Positions 26,555 to 35,416 of a DNA stretch of 64,000 bases are shown here, piece after piece. Position 1 is the first letter of the stretch; every line of letters starts with the position of its first letter. Source of the stretch: Muribaculaceae bacterium (GTDB taxonomy: Bacteria > Bacteroidota > Bacteroidia > Bacteroidales > Muribaculaceae). The notes below the pieces were generated by a model that saw only the letters and a list, made by a program, of their open reading frames with translations, was not told the origin of the DNA and made no database searches. The position numbers were made by a program, and so were the translations under genes. Location: the NCBI GenBank assembly GCA_045656705.1, contig JAZORR010000013.1, forward strand, positions 19,401 to 83,400, given 5' to 3'.

Positions 26555-29374
26555 TTATTCTGCTGGTGGAAGCATTACGAATTGAATGCGGTTGCCTGCA
26601 GAAAGAATCTTCTTAGTGAAGTCTTGAATCTTAGCAGGAGTGAGACCGTTTACCAATTCGCGATAGCCTGCGTTGCGATCTACACCTGTCTTAAGGTATG
26701 CGTGCATAGCATTCAACCAATAGCGGTTTTCGTGTTCGTTTTGATCGATTGCCTTAAGCATATATTCCTTAATCTTGTTCAATTCTTCTTCTTTCACTGA
26801 AGTAGAAAGGTCGGTAAGCGCCTTAGTGGTGAGTTCGCACACGCGATCTTTCTTCTTAGAGTCGATACCGAATGTAGCTTGTACTACAAGTTCTGGTTCG
26901 AAAGAAAGGTCGAGTGAAGCCGATGCGTGAGGACTGTAAGCAGCACCTTCGTCTTCGCGCACGGTATTAGTTAGGTTTGTGCTCATCAATTGGCCCACGA
27001 TGCTTGCCATCACGCTATTTTCGGCAGTGTAAGCAATCTTGTTTGTGTGCCAGATACCAGCATACTTAGCTTGCTTGTTTTCGGTGTCGAAAATGAATTC
27101 GCCGTATACGTCGCCCTTCTTCACAGCAAGTTTATCATCGACAGCCTTTTCTTTCTTACCCTTCTTAGCAGGAAGAGAAGCGATGTATTGAGCCACATAT
27201 TGCTTCAATTGAGCTTCGTCGAAGTTACCAATGATGATGAAATTGAATTCAGCAGCATTACCGAAACGTTCTTTGTGGATTTGCACCATACGGTTGTAAT
27301 CGGCCTTAGCAAGAAGTTCAGGTCCCATGATTTGAGCCTTAGGATTGTTGTTATAGATGAAGCGAGTTAAAGTATCACCATAGATATAGTCAGGAGAGTT
27401 CACTTGGTTTTTAAGCGCTCCCGCCATCATATCCTTGATAACATTGTAGCCATCGATGTCGTTGCGAGGAGTGACGATACCAGCGTAAAGAAGTTGCATC
27501 ATTGTTTCAAGGTCCTTAGGAGTAGAGCTACCAGAGATAGTTTCCATGCTACCACCTACATTGAACGATACAGATGCTTGCTTACCGCTCATAAACTTAT
27601 TTAGGTCGTTGAACGAAAGCTTGTTCACACCATTCATACCCCAAATTTGGTTGTAAACCGAGATATTAGCGTGGTCTTTTGCACCATAAAGAGCTTCACC
27701 ACCCCAACTTGAAGCAGAAAGACGCACTTCGTCGTTCTTGAAATCGGTCTTCTTAACGTAAACCCTCGCACCATTAGAAAGAGTCCATTCAGTGTAGCCA
27801 AACTTAGAAGGAGTTTCCTTCACGATAGAGCCAGCCTTAGGAGTTTCGTCGAGAAGAGAAAGATTATTAGCTTCTTCGGCAGGTTTTTCGGTAGGAGTAG
27901 CTTGTACCTTTTGAGCCACAGCAAGCATTTGCTCTTCGTTCATAAGAGTAACGCCTTCCTTCACAGGACCAAGGTTAAGCACTACAAGATTCTTACCGTT
28001 TACGTCGATCATTTGCTTCATAGTTTGGTTGATAACCTCTACAGGAAGCATAGGAGCCATAGCCTTGATTTTTTCGTATTCGTAGGCGATGCCACTCATA
28101 GGAGTATTGTCGAGGAAGTGAGCGATGTAGGTTTGAGCATAGTTGTCGTGCTTTTGCTTGTCGCGATTAGTGTAAGCCTTTTCAAGACGGCTTAGGTATT
28201 CGTTGCGAGCGCGATCGTATTCGGCAGCAGTGAATCCGTGTTCGGCAATACGCTTGATTTCGGTAAGCACAGCTTCAAGAGCAACTTCGCCACCCTTATC
28301 GTTGACGTATGCTTGAAGAGCAAGAGCGCCCTTATAGGTAGCAAGAAGGTATTCACCGAAGCCACCACCTGCATTACCGAAAGGAGCGTTAGACTTCAAC
28401 GAGATTTCGTTCAAGCGTTCGTCGATCATAGCATTAGCCACACCATATATATATTCCATAAGGTATTGAGCGTCGGTGTTGCGAAGTTCGCGAGGAAGGA
28501 TGTCGTATTTCACGAAAGCCCACACAAGTTCGGCAGGCATTTCCTTATCGGCATAACTTACGAAGATAGGTTGCTCATTGTCAGGCACAGGGAAGTATTC
28601 AAGTGGAGCAGCATTGGCTGGCATTTCGATAGGACCGAAAAGGTTCTTGATTTTTTGTTCCATTTGATCCACGTCGATGTCACCTACCACAACGATACCT
28701 TGAAGGTCTGGGCGATACCATTTGTGATAGTAGTCGCGAAGTTCGCTATACTTGAAGTTGTCGATAACTTCGATAGTACCGATAGGAAGACGTTCGCCAT
28801 ACTTACTGCCTGGGTACATCTTAGCACCATGCTTTTCGATCATACGAGTAATAGCATTGCCAAGACGCCATTCTTCGTGGATAACGCCACGTTCCTTATC
28901 GATTTCGGCATCTTCGAGAAGAAGAGCACTTGCCCAATCGTGAAGGATAAGCAAACAAGAGTCTACTACAGCTTCCTTAGCAGTAGGCACGCTTGTGATG
29001 CGATACACAGTGCGGTCGGTAGAAGTGTAGGCATTTAGATCGGCACCAAACTTGATACCCTTAGATTCCAACCAAGTAACGATATTATTGCCTGGGAAAT
29101 TCTTAGTACCATTGAAACACATGTGTTCGAGGAAGTGAGCAAGGCCACGTTGAGCGTCTTCTTCTTGCACAGAACCCACTTTTTGAGCGATGTGGAAATC
29201 AACTTGATTTTTTGGGAACTCGTTGTGACGGATAAAGTAAGTAAGTCCGTTGGCAAGTTTACCCACTCTCACAGCCGAGTCGGCAGGAGCTGCAGGTGGC
29301 ATTTGCGCCATTACAGGCATAGAAAGCCCGATAAGAGCAATGACCACAAGTAGTGAATTAAAAAACTTTTTCAT
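26555..29374 (-). CDS. M16-family (pitrilysin/insulinase-like) zinc metallopeptidase, double-length, secreted
   Basis: 939 aa. Signal peptide MKKFFNSLLVVIALIGLSMPVMAQ. Inverted zinc motif HFLEHMCFNGT (HxxEH). Confidence 0.85.
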   Translation of the reverse strand: MKKFFNSLLVVIALIGLSMPVMAQMPPAAPADSAVRVGKLANGLTYFIRHNEFPKNQVDFHIAQKVGSVQEEDAQRGLAHFLEHMCFNGTKNFPGNNIVTWLESKGIKFGADLNAYTSTDRTVYRITSVPTAKEAVVDSCLLILHDWASALLLEDAEIDKERGVIHEEWRLGNAITRMIEKHGAKMYPGSKYGERLPIGTIEVIDNFKYSELRDYYHKWYRPDLQGIVVVGDIDVDQMEQKIKNLFGPIEMPANAAPLEYFPVPDNEQPIFVSYADKEMPAELVWAFVKYDILPRELRNTDAQYLMEYIYGVANAMIDERLNEISLKSNAPFGNAGGGFGEYLLATYKGALALQAYVNDKGGEVALEAVLTEIKRIAEHGFTAAEYDRARNEYLSRLEKAYTNRDKQKHDNYAQTYIAHFLDNTPMSGIAYEYEKIKAMAPMLPVEVINQTMKQMIDVNGKNLVVLNLGPVKEGVTLMNEEQMLAVAQKVQATPTEKPAEEANNLSLLDETPKAGSIVKETPSKFGYTEWTLSNGARVYVKKTDFKNDEVRLSASSWGGEALYGAKDHANISVYNQIWGMNGVNKLSFNDLNKFMSGKQASVSFNVGGSMETISGSSTPKDLETMMQLLYAGIVTPRNDIDGYNVIKDMMAGALKNQVNSPDYIYGDTLTRFIYNNNPKAQIMGPELLAKADYNRMVQIHKERFGNAAEFNFIIIGNFDEAQLKQYVAQYIASLPAKKGKKEKAVDDKLAVKKGDVYGEFIFDTENKQAKYAGIWHTNKIAYTAENSVMASIVGQLMSTNLTNTVREDEGAAYSPHASASLDLSFEPELVVQATFGIDSKKKDRVCELTTKALTDLSTSVKEEELNKIKEYMLKAIDQNEHENRYWLNAMHAYLKTGVDRNAGYRELVNGLTPAKIQDFTKKILSAGNRIQFVMLPPAE

Positions 29375-29626
29375 TGTTATATAAATTAATGTTCATTTTC
29401 TTGTTTATTTCGATCATAAAGTCACTCAATTATATTAGAGTGATTTAAATCATTTAGGTTTAATTGGCAAAATTATATAATTTCTATAAATATGATAATG
29501 TTTTATAGTTAAAAAAAGTTTTTATGTAGTGAATAGAAAGGAATTCTGCTGCAGAATCTATTGTAAGCGAGCAGTGCACAATAGCGAAACTCACCTCAGC
29601 CAGGCGTGAAGAGTGAGAAGCTGGGC

Positions 29627-29708
29627 GTGCATTTTAGCGAATTATTTTAACCTATTTTTGCCACTTTAGCGAATTAGAAATGCCAGCTTTGTGCATTTTA
29701 GCGAATTA
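29627..29708. repeat. Three phased direct repeats (32-bp period) with core TTTAGCGAATTA in the M16 upstream region
   Basis: Core at 29633-29644, 29665-29676 and 29697-29708. The outer copies share the exact 18-mer gtgcattttagcgaatta (29627 and 29691). Confidence 0.75.
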
Positions 29709-29748
29709 ACACACACTTATCTCACTAATAATTAACAAATTAGCCATT

Positions 29749-30585
29749 TTAGTCGATATCGTCGGCGATGAAGCGGGCCACTGAGTGGGTATAGTTGGGC
29801 TCGATGATAACGTGGGCGATGGCTTTCACCTCGTCTACGGCATTCTCAGGTGCTACAGCAAGGTCGGCTATCTGCATCATAGGTATATCGTTGCGATTGT
29901 CGCCAAATACTACCAAGCGTTCGGCATCCGTTTCGGCCATAAGGCGACGCACAGCTTCAGCCTTCGACACTCCACGAGCATAAGATTCCATAAGTCCGTC
30001 GCGAGCATCGTAAATATCGTGATAAAACACCGACGAACATTGCGTAGTAGCAAGTATCTCGGCATGAATGGGACTGAGACGAGCGTAATCGTTCATAGCA
30101 AACACGAGCAAAGCATCGCAATTATCGGTTTTATAATTCACATCGTCGAGAAAAAAACGCTTGTAGTCGAGACATCGGCGCATATTCACAAATTCCTCCT
30201 CTTGTGGAGAGAGTGTGCCACAACTACGCACCTCGAGACGATTACCATTGACTCGATACACCATAGGAGAAATTCCATACGACTCGAAAATATCACACAC
30301 ACGCACCAAATCATCTTTAGGAATGGGAATAGTATTAAGAAACTGCTTTGATGCATTACACCACATAGCAGCACCATTCATCACCACATAGGGCAATCGC
30401 GTGCGCACGCGTTCCATAATATTCACCACAGTGGCAGGAGTGCGAGCTGTGGCAATACTGAAATTCACGCCACGCTCCTCGATGAGGTGATTGAGGATAT
30501 CCACACTTTCATCGCTCAACAGCGAATCACGGCCAAGCAGAGTGCCATCAAGGTCGCTCACATATAGCGTATTTTTGGTCGTCAT
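29749..30585 (-). CDS. Cof-type HAD-IIB family hydrolase (sugar phosphatase-like)
   Basis: 278 aa. LYVSDLDGTLL (motif I), C-terminal FGDNRNDIPM (motif III). Confidence 0.8.
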   Translation of the reverse strand: MTTKNTLYVSDLDGTLLGRDSLLSDESVDILNHLIEERGVNFSIATARTPATVVNIMERVRTRLPYVVMNGAAMWCNASKQFLNTIPIPKDDLVRVCDIFESYGISPMVYRVNGNRLEVRSCGTLSPQEEEFVNMRRCLDYKRFFLDDVNYKTDNCDALLVFAMNDYARLSPIHAEILATTQCSSVFYHDIYDARDGLMESYARGVSKAEAVRRLMAETDAERLVVFGDNRNDIPMMQIADLAVAPENAVDEVKAIAHVIIEPNYTHSVARFIADDID

Positions 30586-30598
30586 AGAGATATTTTCT

Positions 30599-30616
30599 TA
30601 ATTTTGCACAAAATTA
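30599..30616. promoter_or_regulatory. Palindromic pair of divergent -7 boxes TAATTTTG-ca-CAAAATTA
   Basis: Plus-strand TAATTTTG at 30599-30606. Minus-strand TAATTTTG (plus caaaatta) at 30609-30616, 24 nt upstream of the HAD ATG (30585). Confidence 0.45.
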
Positions 30617-30784
30617 CAAAAAAGCAATATGCCACGAACAAAAAGACCGTATTATTGTTAGTTTTCCAAGAAAAATTATTGTAAAACCATCGGATAAAGG
30701 TTGTAAAACATAAATTTTAAGCAGTTTTTTGCCTAAAAAATCGTTTTTTACTCTCAATAAGTTGATTATTAAGCAAAATGTTTA

Positions 30785-30792
30785 TAACTTTG
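30785..30792 (+). promoter_or_regulatory. -7 box TAACTTTG upstream of yceD-rpmF
   Basis: cataACTTTGcac-type context, the same as the tRNA-Phe promoter at 56045. It lies inside the track's TTG-extended ORF 30729, which argues for a downstream start. Confidence 0.5.
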
Positions 30793-30815
30793 CACCGATT
30801 AACGAAAAAAATATT

Positions 30816-31391
30816 TTGGGAAAGTTTGAAGCATTTAAATTGCCATTGCGCAGTATGCAACGTGGAACTCATGAATTTGAGATGTTTTTAGACACCGAGT
30901 TTTTCAGAAATATGGAAAGCGAGGACATTCTTAATGGGAATGTGAAAGTAAATGCCACAGTGAATTGCAAGGGCGATTATTACGATTTTGATTTCGTAGC
31001 GAAAGGAACTATCGGCATAGTGTGCGACAGATGCCTCGACGAGATGCAACATGAAGTAGACACCACTTATCACCTATGTGTGAAATATGGCGAGTGCTAC
31101 AACGATGAAAGCGATGAGCTACTCATCATTCCCGAAAAAGATGCCTACTTGAACGTGGCTTATATGCTCTACGACACAGTGGCACTAACCATTCCTTTGA
31201 AGCACACGCATCCAGCAGGAAAGTGTAACAAGGGGATGACAAAATATTTGAGTAAACATAGCGCTTCAGAATATGATGAAGATGGAGACGAGTTTTTCAG
31301 CGAATCAGATTATGAAGACACCGAGATAGATAACAATGCTCAAGTGGACCCACGCTGGGAAGCCTTGAGAAAACTTACAGAAAATAATTAA
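30816..31391 (+). CDS. yceD: YceD/DUF177-family protein (rRNA-accumulation protein encoded upstream of rpmF)
   Basis: Conserved position directly upstream of rpmF. Cys pairs CDRCLDEM ... HPAGKC. The start is uncertain: TTG 30816 (giving GKFEAFKLPL..., similar to homologues as I recall them) or ATG 30855. The track start 30729 precedes the promoter box. Confidence 0.6.
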   Translation: MGKFEAFKLPLRSMQRGTHEFEMFLDTEFFRNMESEDILNGNVKVNATVNCKGDYYDFDFVAKGTIGIVCDRCLDEMQHEVDTTYHLCVKYGECYNDESDELLIIPEKDAYLNVAYMLYDTVALTIPLKHTHPAGKCNKGMTKYLSKHSASEYDEDGDEFFSESDYEDTEIDNNAQVDPRWEALRKLTENN

Positions 31392-31407
31392 AAATAAATA
31401 GAAAAAG

Positions 31408-31593
31408 ATGGCACATCCTAAAAGAAAACAATCTAAGACTCGTACAGCTAAGAGAAGAACTCACGATAAGGCTGTAGCTCCAACTTTGTCACTATGCTCA
31501 AACTGTGGTGCATGGCATGTATGCCACACAGTATGTCCTGAATGTGGTTACTACCGCGGTAGAATCGCTATCGAAAAGTCGGCAGCTGTTTAA
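31408..31593 (+). CDS. rpmF: 50S ribosomal protein L32
   Basis: 61 aa. MAHPKRKQSKTRTAKRRTHDK, plus the zinc-ribbon cysteines CSNCG...CPECG. Confidence 0.95.
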   Translation: MAHPKRKQSKTRTAKRRTHDKAVAPTLSLCSNCGAWHVCHTVCPECGYYRGRIAIEKSAAV

Positions 31594-31637
31594 TTTTAAG
31601 AAATTGTTATTTGAAATTTCTTAATAAGAAGTGATAT

Positions 31638-31677
31638 TATCCTAAATAATGACAAATGTTATTTAGGATAAATTTTT
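31638..31677 (+). terminator. AT-rich hairpin plus T-run between rpmF and fabH
   Basis: tatcctaaataa / ttatttaggata form a perfect 12-bp stem with a 9-nt loop, followed by aattttt. Confidence 0.45.
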
Positions 31678-31704
31678 CATATTCACACATTTGAGAAGAT
31701 ATTT

Positions 31705-32688
31705 ATGATTAATGCTAAGATAACAGGAATAGCTTCATTCGCACCAGAGTTTAAGCTCACAAACGACGACTTGGCTCAAATGGTGGACACCAATGACGAA
31801 TGGATTACTACCCGCGTAGGTATCAAAGAGCGTCGCATCTTGAAAGAACCTAACGCAGGCTCTTCGTATATGGGTATCCAGGCTGTGAACAAGCTACTTG
31901 CCGAAACAGGCACTCCAGCCGAAGACATCGACCTTGTAATCTGCGCTACTTCCAACCCCGACTACCGCTTCCCAAGCACTGCATCAATCATTGCACATGG
32001 TTGTGGATGCAAAAATTGCTACGGATACGACATTCAAGCAGCATGTGCTGGCTTCATCGTGGCACTACAATCGGGTAATGCCTACATCAAATCGGGCTTA
32101 TATAAGAAGGTAGTGGTAGTGGCAGCCGAAAAGATGTCGAGCATGACAGACTATCAAGACCGCAACACATGCCCTCTATTTGGTGATGCAGCTGCTGCTA
32201 TGCTTTTGGAACCAACCGAAGAAAACATCGGCATTATCGACGGCGTATATCGCGTAGATGGCATAGGACTTCCTCACCTACTCATGAAGGCAGGTGGTTC
32301 GGCAACGCCAGCATCGCACGAAACAGTAGATGCCCGTCATCACTATGTATACCAAGAAGGCCGCAATGTGTATAAGCACGCCGTGACCGATATGGTGGAA
32401 TCGTCGCAAGACGTAATGGCTCGCAACGGCCTTACAGTGAACGACATCGATTGGTTTATCCCTCACCAAGCCAACCTTCGCATCATCGAAGCAGTGGGTG
32501 GACGCTTGGGCATAGACGAAAGCAAGGTGCTTGTGAATATCCAACACTATGGTAATACAAGTGCTGCGTCAATACCTTTGTGCCTTGATGAGTACAAAGA
32601 CAAATTGAAGAAGGGCGATAAGTTGGTTCTCACCGCATTCGGTGCAGGATTTACTTGGGGCGCAATGTATATCGTGTGGGGATGTTAA
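31705..32688 (+). CDS. fabH: 3-oxoacyl-ACP synthase III
   Basis: 327 aa. Active-site Cys in [10 protein letters not shown], His in PHQANLRI, Asn in [10 protein letters not shown]. Confidence 0.9.
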   Translation: MINAKITGIASFAPEFKLTNDDLAQMVDTNDEWITTRVGIKERRILKEPNAGSSYMGIQAVNKLLAETGTPAEDIDLVICATSNPDYRFPSTASIIAHGCGCKNCYGYDIQAACAGFIVALQSGNAYIKSGLYKKVVVVAAEKMSSMTDYQDRNTCPLFGDAAAAMLLEPTEENIGIIDGVYRVDGIGLPHLLMKAGGSATPASHETVDARHHYVYQEGRNVYKHAVTDMVESSQDVMARNGLTVNDIDWFIPHQANLRIIEAVGGRLGIDESKVLVNIQHYGNTSAASIPLCLDEYKDKLKKGDKLVLTAFGAGFTWGAMYIVWGC

Positions 32689-32864
32689 TCCTCACACTCT
32701 CACGATAGCAGGCATTGGATAAGTGTGGACTATCGTGCAAAAATTGCATCATACTAATTGATGCTTTTTTTGTTTAAATACAGGGATTTTTTTGAGAAAT
32801 TCCACCGAAATATTAAGTATTAGTTGCAGGGAATATCCCTTAGAAACAAAAAAAATTCTATACT

Positions 32865-33746
32865 ATGCACAAAGCAGGATTCGTAAACATCGTGGGCAAT
32901 CCTAATGTGGGAAAGTCTACCATTATGAATGAACTCGTGGGCGAGCGCATCTCTATCATCACATCTAAGGCGCAAACCACGCGTCATCGCATCATGGGTA
33001 TCGTAAACACCGACGACTACCAAATCGTGTTTTCCGATACTCCAGGTGTACTCAAGCCTAAGTACAAACTTCAAGAAAGTATGCTTGAATACTCTAAGGG
33101 AGCACTCACCGATGCCGATATCATCGTGTATGTAACCGATGTGATAGAATCGCCTGAAAAAAACATCGACTTCATAGAGTCGGTGGCTAAGTGCAAAGTC
33201 CCTACCCTATTGGTAATCAACAAGATCGACCTACTAAAAGGACAAGACGATCTTGTTCAAAAGGTGGAACAATGGAAAAAACTTATTCCAGATGCCGAAA
33301 TCTACCCTACTTCGGCTAAAGAACATTTCAATGTAGACACGCTCATGAAACGCATCGTGAGCCTGCTACCCGATTCACCTCCATTCTTCGGTAAGGATGC
33401 TCTCACCGACAAGCCTGCACGCTTCTTTGTGACCGAAATTATTCGCGAAAAAATCCTTCTCGATTACGATCAAGAAATTCCATATGCAGTGCAAGCTGTG
33501 GTGGAAAAATTTGACGAAACCGACGATTCTATCCACATTATGGCCGTAATCTATGCCGAACGCGACAGCCAAAAGGCTATCATCATAGGCAAGGGCGGTA
33601 CCAAACTGAAGAGAGTGGGAATAGAGGCTCGCAAGGATATCGAAGCATTCTTCCAGAAGAGAGTCTACCTCGAAATGTTTGTGAAAGTAGAAAAAGATTG
33701 GAGAAATAGAGAAAACATACTGCGTTCGTTCGGTTACATCGAATAA
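32865..33746 (+). CDS. era: GTPase Era
   Basis: 293 aa. G1 GNPNVGKST, G3 DTPG, G4 NKID, C-terminal KH-type region. Confidence 0.9.
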   Translation: MHKAGFVNIVGNPNVGKSTIMNELVGERISIITSKAQTTRHRIMGIVNTDDYQIVFSDTPGVLKPKYKLQESMLEYSKGALTDADIIVYVTDVIESPEKNIDFIESVAKCKVPTLLVINKIDLLKGQDDLVQKVEQWKKLIPDAEIYPTSAKEHFNVDTLMKRIVSLLPDSPPFFGKDALTDKPARFFVTEIIREKILLDYDQEIPYAVQAVVEKFDETDDSIHIMAVIYAERDSQKAIIIGKGGTKLKRVGIEARKDIEAFFQKRVYLEMFVKVEKDWRNRENILRSFGYIE

Positions 33747-33752
33747 ACTGCG

Positions 33753-33760
33753 TATCTTTG
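33753..33760 (+). promoter_or_regulatory. -7 box TATCTTTG upstream of der
   Basis: TATCTTTG lies 50 nt upstream of ATG 33810. Confidence 0.4.
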
Positions 33761-33809
33761 CGTTATTAAATTATTGTAGAACTAAGAATATCAACGACAC
33801 AAGAATATT

Positions 33810-35126
33810 ATGGGAAACTTAGTAGCTATAGTGGGACGCCCAAATGTGGGAAAGTCGACACTTTTCAACCGATTGACACAAACTCGCAGTGCCATCGTAG
33901 ATGACACTTCGGGTACTACACGCGACCGCCAATATGGCAAATTTGACTGGTGTGGCCACGAATTCTCGGTAGTGGATACTGGGGGTTGGGTGGTAAACTC
34001 TGACGATATCTTCGAAGAAGAAATCAATAAGCAAGTATCTATCGCCATAGAAGAGGCCGATGTAATCTTGTTTATGGTGGATATCACCAATGGTGTTACC
34101 GACCTCGACGACCACGTGGCAGCTATCCTACGACGCGCCAAGAAACCCGTAATCCTTGTCACCAACAAAGCCGAAAAGGGCGACTCTATCTATGCCGAAG
34201 CCGAATTCTATTCGCTCGGTCTTGGCGATCCATACTCTATCTCGGCAATGACAGGAACAGGCACAGGCGATCTTCTCGACGAAATAGTGAAGCGTATGCC
34301 TGAAGAACGCAAAGAAGACGATCACCTTGAGCAATTGCCTCGCTTTGCTATCGTGGGCCGTCCAAATGCAGGTAAATCGTCGATTATCAACTCGTTTATC
34401 GGCGAAGAACGCAACATCGTGACCGAAATAGCAGGTACTACTCGCGATAGTATCTACACTCACTACAATAAGTTTGGCTTCGACTTCTACCTTGTGGATA
34501 CTGCTGGTATTCGCAAAAAAGGTAAGGTGAACGAAGATATCGAATACTACTCGGTGATTCGCAGTATCCGTGCCATCGAAAATAGTGATGTGTGTATCCT
34601 TATGATCGATGCTACACGCGGTATCGAAAGCCAAGATGTGAACATCTTCTCGCTCGTAAATCGCAACAAGAAGGGCCTTGTGGTGTGTGTGAATAAGTGG
34701 GACCTTGTGGAAGACAAGAGCCAAGTGGCTATCAAGCACTTCGAAGAAACTATTCGCAAGCGTCTTGCTCCATTTAGCGACTTCCCTATCGTATTTAGTT
34801 CGGCTCTTACCAAGCAACGCATTCACCGCGTGCTCGAAGAAGCTGTGAAGGTGTATGAAAATCGTCAACGCACAGTGCCTACTTCACGCCTCAACGAAGT
34901 GATGCAAGAAGTAATCGCGGCATACCCACCACCAGCCACTAAGGGCAAGTATGTGAAGATTAAATATATCACTATGCTTAAGGGTGCAGCAGTGCCTACA
35001 TTCATCTTCTTCTGCAACCTTCCTCAATGGGTGAAAGAACCATATCGTCGCTATCTCGAAAATAAGATACGCGAAAACTGGGAATTCTCGGGTACTCCTA
35101 TCAATATCTTTATGCGCGAAAAGTAA
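33810..35126 (+). CDS. der: Ribosome-biogenesis GTPase Der (EngA), tandem GTPase domains
   Basis: 438 aa. Two G-domains (GRPNVGKST...NKAE and GRPNAGKSS...NKWD) and a C-terminal KH-like domain. Confidence 0.9.
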   Translation: MGNLVAIVGRPNVGKSTLFNRLTQTRSAIVDDTSGTTRDRQYGKFDWCGHEFSVVDTGGWVVNSDDIFEEEINKQVSIAIEEADVILFMVDITNGVTDLDDHVAAILRRAKKPVILVTNKAEKGDSIYAEAEFYSLGLGDPYSISAMTGTGTGDLLDEIVKRMPEERKEDDHLEQLPRFAIVGRPNAGKSSIINSFIGEERNIVTEIAGTTRDSIYTHYNKFGFDFYLVDTAGIRKKGKVNEDIEYYSVIRSIRAIENSDVCILMIDATRGIESQDVNIFSLVNRNKKGLVVCVNKWDLVEDKSQVAIKHFEETIRKRLAPFSDFPIVFSSALTKQRIHRVLEEAVKVYENRQRTVPTSRLNEVMQEVIAAYPPPATKGKYVKIKYITMLKGAAVPTFIFFCNLPQWVKEPYRRYLENKIRENWEFSGTPINIFMREK

Positions 35127-35153
35127 TCATAACGATATATACTACACAAGTAA

Positions 35154-35190
35154 AGGACTAATCTCCAAAATGCGGGATTAGTCCTTTTTT
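35154..35190 (+). terminator. Rho-independent terminator after der
   Basis: aggactaatc / gattagtcct form a perfect 10-bp stem with a 12-nt loop, followed by TTTTTT. Confidence 0.75.
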
Positions 35191-35416
35191 GTTGATATTT
35201 TCAGTCAACTCTTATAGTTTTCGGGGGGAGAAAGCATTATTTCACCCTACTCTTAACACTTGTTAACTTTTCGGGGGGGGTGGAACGGATGTTTTTTACT
35301 AAATTTGTACGGATTATGTACTTACGGATAGTCTCCGATAAGTATATAATTGTGCATAGGATATTTTAAACATTACAATAACTTTTTTTTATTTACAATT
35401 TAAAAACTAAAGAAGT

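Noticed and set aside
29627-29708. Possible CRISPR array (regularly spaced repeats).
   Set aside because: There are only three copies, with a 12-18 bp core and a 32-bp period, so the spacers would be ~14-20 bp. There is no cas gene nearby and no repeat dyad symmetry. A regulatory array is more likely.
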